From: Somniosus microcephalus
Taxonomy: Eukaryota
Assembly: GCA_052327205.1 (NCBI GenBank)
Contig: CM126223.1
Coordinates: 49,104,001 to 49,168,000 of the forward strand
Direction of reading: 5' to 3'
DNA: 64,000 bases
Below the pieces are notes generated by a model that saw only the letters and a program-made list of their open reading frames with translations, was not told where the DNA came from and did no database searches. Below, piece by piece: positions 63,063-64,000 of this stretch. The position numbers and the translations under genes are program-made. Position 1 is the first letter of the stretch. Every line of letters begins with the position of its first letter.

Positions 63063-64000
63063 AACGATCAGGAAGGACAGGCAGGAAGGAAGGGGAGGTG
63101 GGGTGGCTATGTTAATAAAGGAAGGAATCACTGTAATACAGAGAAATGATATTGGGTCATAAGATCAGGATAATGAAACAGTTTGGGTGGAGGTAAGGAA
63201 TAATAAGGGGAAAAAAACACTAGTAGGCGTAGTCTATAGGCCTCCGAACAGTGGCAACTCTGTTGGACGGAGTATCAATCAGGAAATAGTTGAGGCTTGT
63301 AATAAGGGAACATCTATAATTATGGGGGATTTTAACTATCATATTAATTGGACAAATCAAATTGGGAAGGGCTGCCTTGAGGATGAGTTCATTGAGTGTA
63401 TCCAGGAGAGCTTTTTGAGCCAACATGTAGAAAGTCCTACAAGAGAGGGGGCGGTACTGGACCTAATTCTAGGGAATGTAGCCGGGCAAGTGATGGAAGT
63501 GTCAGTAGGAGAGCATTTTGGCGACAGTGACCATAATTCGGTGAGATTTAAGGTGGTCATGGAAAAAGACAAAGACGGCCCGGAAATAAGGGTTCTAAAT
63601 TGGGGGAAGGCCGATTTTAATATGATAAGGCAGGATCTGGCCAAAGTGGACTGGGAGCAGCTGCTTATAGGAAAATCCACATCAAAACAGTGGGAGACTT
63701 TCAGAAGGGAAATAGAGAGAGTACAACGCCAACATGTTCCTGTAAAGGTCAAGGGTGGGACCAACAAGCAAAGGGAACCTTGGATGACAAGGGATATACA
63801 AAAATGCATTAGAAAAAAAAGGGGGGCTTTTGGCAATTACAAAAGACTAAAGACGGAGGAAGCCCTAGAGGAGTATAAAAAGTGCAGGGGCATACTTAAA
63901 AAAGAAATTAGGAGGGCGAGGAGGGGCCATGAAATAACACTGGCGAGCAAAATAAAGGAAAATCCTAAGATGTTTTATAAGTATATTAAGGGCAAGAGGA
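63063..64000 (+). mobile_element. Young CR1 LINE ORF2 AP-endonuclease region (runs off the window)
   Basis: RKDRQEGRGGGVAMLIKE...VGVVYRPPNS...IIMGDFN...PTREGAVLDLILGN...GDSDHNSV; one in-frame TAA (63160-63162), otherwise open to 64000. Confidence 0.92.

Noticed and set aside
63357-63836. 159-aa minus-strand ORF
   Set aside because: Antisense shadow of the plus-strand CR1 ORF2.
46487-64000. miR-144/miR-451 hairpins expected from synteny
   Set aside because: I did not see the mature sequences (tacagtatagatgatgtact, aaaccgttaccattactgag) by eye; they probably lie beyond the window. An exact string search would confirm.

Overview
Eukaryotic (vertebrate) genomic DNA, most likely from a shark or other cartilaginous fish judging by the repeat landscape (SacSINE1/DeuSINE-like SINEs, HER1/CR1 and L2 LINE fragments, Penelope-like remnants). 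The window holds the 3' part of a flotillin-2 gene (FLOT2/reggie-1) on the + strand: coding exons 3-11 (13048-46486), all with canonical AG/GT sites and contiguous phases. Exons 1-2 were not seen and probably lie upstream. Exon 3 is present as two tandem 91-nt paralogues (3A 13048-13138, 3B 14073-14163) with the signature of mutually exclusive exons. The rest is intron, putative 3' UTR and intergenic DNA full of TE fragments; the short ORFs in the track that I checked, apart from those overlapping FLOT2 exons, are spurious or TE-derived. The best second-look items are the exon 3A/3B switch and its candidate cis-elements, a hAT-type MITE carrying an inverted 99-bp copy of DNA from 1 kb away, a young CR1 with twin-priming-like inversion geometry, decayed Penelope hammerhead motifs, miR-124 seed sites and a few candidate cryptic exons. 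I found no convincing wholly new biological system. Repeat boundaries are approximate and family names come from recognition, not from a database search.
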